Origin: an uncultured Gammaproteobacteria bacterium | GTDB lineage: Bacteria > Patescibacteriota > Patescibacteriia > Magasanikbacterales > UBA922 | Direction of reading: 5' to 3' | DNA length: 64,000 nucleotides | Assembly (NCBI GenBank): GCA_964394405.1 | Contig: CAYMVY010000002.1 | Coordinates: 92 to 64,091, forward strand | Part shown: in pieces, positions 62,854-64,000 of the stretch | How positions within the stretch are numbered: the first letter of the stretch is position 1 | Layout of the letters: each line of letters starts with the position of its first letter | Made by a program: the position numbers and the translations under genes | The notes under the pieces: generated by a model | Seen by the model: the letters and a program-made list of their open reading frames with translations, nothing else | Database searches by the model: none | What the model was told of the DNA's origin: nothing

Positions 62854-63418
62854 AGTTCCACATGATTATGTCGTTTGGGTTAAGTATGAGTGTTGATATT
62901 CCTTTGTTTGATTTTTTGCCATTGATGTAGAGTATCCAGTACATTTTTTCTCTAGTATTTTCTGCTATTCCATTGATTGATTTCACAAATGTGCCGAGAT
63001 CTCCACCATATTCAATGCTTTCGTACCAGAATGATTCAGGGTATCGTGAATGCGCATCTTTCATCGCACTTTCTGCTGACAGGTTTTCTTGATAGGGAAT
63101 ATGTAAGTTTTTTCCGTTTATTTGCAGTGTTATTTTTGTTTTGAATATTTCTTCTTGGTTTATTTCAGTAGTTGTTGGAGTGTCTGGTTCTGTACCGGTG
63201 CCAGTAGTTACTGTTTGTGTGGTAAGTGGTAGTTGGTAAGTGGTAGCTGGCTCAGTTTTATTTTGTTCATCATCAATTTTTACTTCTCTAATTATTTCTT
63301 CTTCCTTCTCTGGAATTTTGAAATTTTGATTTTGAACTTCGCTGTTCCATAAGTATCCACTCACGAGTGTTGCGGTACCAAAGATGGTAATGAGAAAATA
63401 TAGTAGTTTTTCACGCAT
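62834..63418 (-). CDS. DUF4430-domain protein with N-terminal membrane anchor
   Basis: ITLQINGKNLHIPYQ...WYESIEYGGDLGTFVKSINGIAEN...MYWILYINGKKSNKGISTLILNPNDIIMWNY matches the DUF4430 pattern. Confidence 0.6.
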   Translation of the reverse strand: MREKLLYFLITIFGTATLVSGYLWNSEVQNQNFKIPEKEEEIIREVKIDDEQNKTEPATTYQLPLTTQTVTTGTGTEPDTPTTTEINQEEIFKTKITLQINGKNLHIPYQENLSAESAMKDAHSRYPESFWYESIEYGGDLGTFVKSINGIAENTREKMYWILYINGKKSNKGISTLILNPNDIIMWNYEKEIL

Positions 63419-63686
63419 AGATACTTGTAGACAAAAAAATTCCCCTGAGCTGAGGAATGTCTATGTTGGTACATGGCGGTATCAAAAAATACCTATGTAC
63501 TGGTTCCTGCTCGGGATAACACACATTCTACAAGATCGGACTTTTACCGTTGCGGCACAGTCAGGGAATTACACCCTGGTTCCAGTAGAATAGGTTTTTG
63601 TTGTAAATAACAGGTAAATTGTATCAGGTATGTGCCTGATGTCAAACAGTCATAACTGTTGTTAAAAAAGGGATTTTTTGATATCC

Positions 63687-63736
63687 TGTGGATAACTTCA
63701 CTAATCTTGACAAAAAGTCTGGAAATGGGGTATTAT
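63687..63736 (+). promoter_or_regulatory. Perfect DnaA-box 9-mer (TGTGGATAA) followed by a sigma70-like promoter (TTGACA N18 TATTAT) in a 400-bp AT-rich intergenic region
   Basis: tgtggataa at 63687-63695. ttgaca at 63707-63712. tattat at 63731-63736. Confidence 0.4.
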
Positions 63737-63823
63737 CCTATGTCTTTTGGTGTGCGTTTATCTGGAATCTTTCTATATAGACGCGCGTCAAACGAATTGG
63801 CGCGGATATTCGGGAGGGGGTAT

Positions 63824-64000
63824 ATGTCCCTGTGGCAATTGTGGAGGCGCGTTCACTGCGCGTTCAAGAAGAAGTTCGGCGTCGAGTTCCGGGCCGAGCG
63901 AAGGGCTGAGGGTGTCAGCGTGATGCGGGTCGAGTACCGCGGTCAGGAGATGTCCGTGGTGTGGGATTTCGTGAGGTCTCCCGGGTTCGTCATCCTCGAG
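63824..64000 (+). CDS. High-GC hypothetical ORF (5' part; runs off the window end) with SD GGGAGGGGG
   Basis: gggagggggtatATGtccctgtggcaattgtgg... GC ~60%. Confidence 0.4.
   Translation, partial: MSLWQLWRRVHCAFKKKFGVEFRAERRAEGVSVMRVEYRGQEMSVVWDFVRSPGFVILE

Noticed and set aside
63687-63695. Chromosomal origin of replication
   Set aside because: Only one DnaA box, no dnaA or dnaN gene nearby, and no cluster of boxes or DUE-like AT tract pattern.
1-64000. rRNA or tRNA genes
   Set aside because: No T-arm (GGTTCGANTCC-like) or anticodon-stem patterns, and no rRNA-like conserved stretches, were seen anywhere in the window.

Overview
This window is a low-GC (~40%) locus from a reduced bacterium, probably Candidate Phyla Radiation / Patescibacteria-like, dense in housekeeping and cell-envelope genes on both strands. 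There are no rRNA or tRNA genes and no CRISPR array. Host genes almost never carry a Shine-Dalgarno (SD) sequence.

Housekeeping content: rplU, recR, ybaB, dnaB, era, rplI, pyrG, rarA, tsaE, glyA, hpf, secA, secD, secF, and a bacterial Elp3-like enzyme.

A large sugar and glycosylation cluster spans about 4.0-20.7 kb:
- GT4, two GT-C-like membrane proteins and a CDP-alcohol phosphatidyltransferase.
- HIT and NUDIX hydrolases.
- rfbB and an rmlD-like gene, a PMI/PGI isomerase, four GT2 genes and an RmlA-like nucleotidyltransferase.

A peptidoglycan neighbourhood spans about 39-48 kb: a MurC/Mpl-like ligase, mraY, murB, murA, an ATP-grasp enzyme, and a tRNA-transferase-like/ParB-like fusion protein.

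Most striking are at least six short high-GC (~55-62%) islets with strong AGGAGG-type ribosome-binding sites and GC-rich hairpins without U-tracts. One of them lies inside the dTDP-sugar cluster. It encodes a single-domain NDP-hexose 2,3-dehydratase-like protein plus a Nudix-fold protein, and the second gene is flanked by ~110-bp direct repeats. Together these look like horizontally acquired cassettes.

Several previously unflagged dispersed repeat families are visible:
- A conserved TCTGCGTAATC / AATCAATGTT motif directly upstream of both rfbB and mraY.
- Arrays of ~9-bp ACCCGTGTT units at two loci.
- A ~100-bp AAACTCAAA/TTTGAGTT palindromic element at four loci.
- A GC-rich CCCTCCCCT...AGGGGAGGG hairpin at three loci.
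- 9-bp tandem units at two loci.
- A frame-preserving 3x7-bp heptanucleotide tandem repeat inside a GT2 gene, a phase-variation candidate.

Other points of interest:
- SecD with an inserted parvulin PPIase domain.
- A methyltransferase-NUDIX fusion.
- A LysW-like zinc-ribbon ORF absent from the ORF track.
- A surface-protein pair with transcobalamin-like architecture (DUF4430 plus an alpha/alpha-toroid with QxDGSFG repeats) next to a small polytopic membrane protein, a possible corrinoid-capture system.
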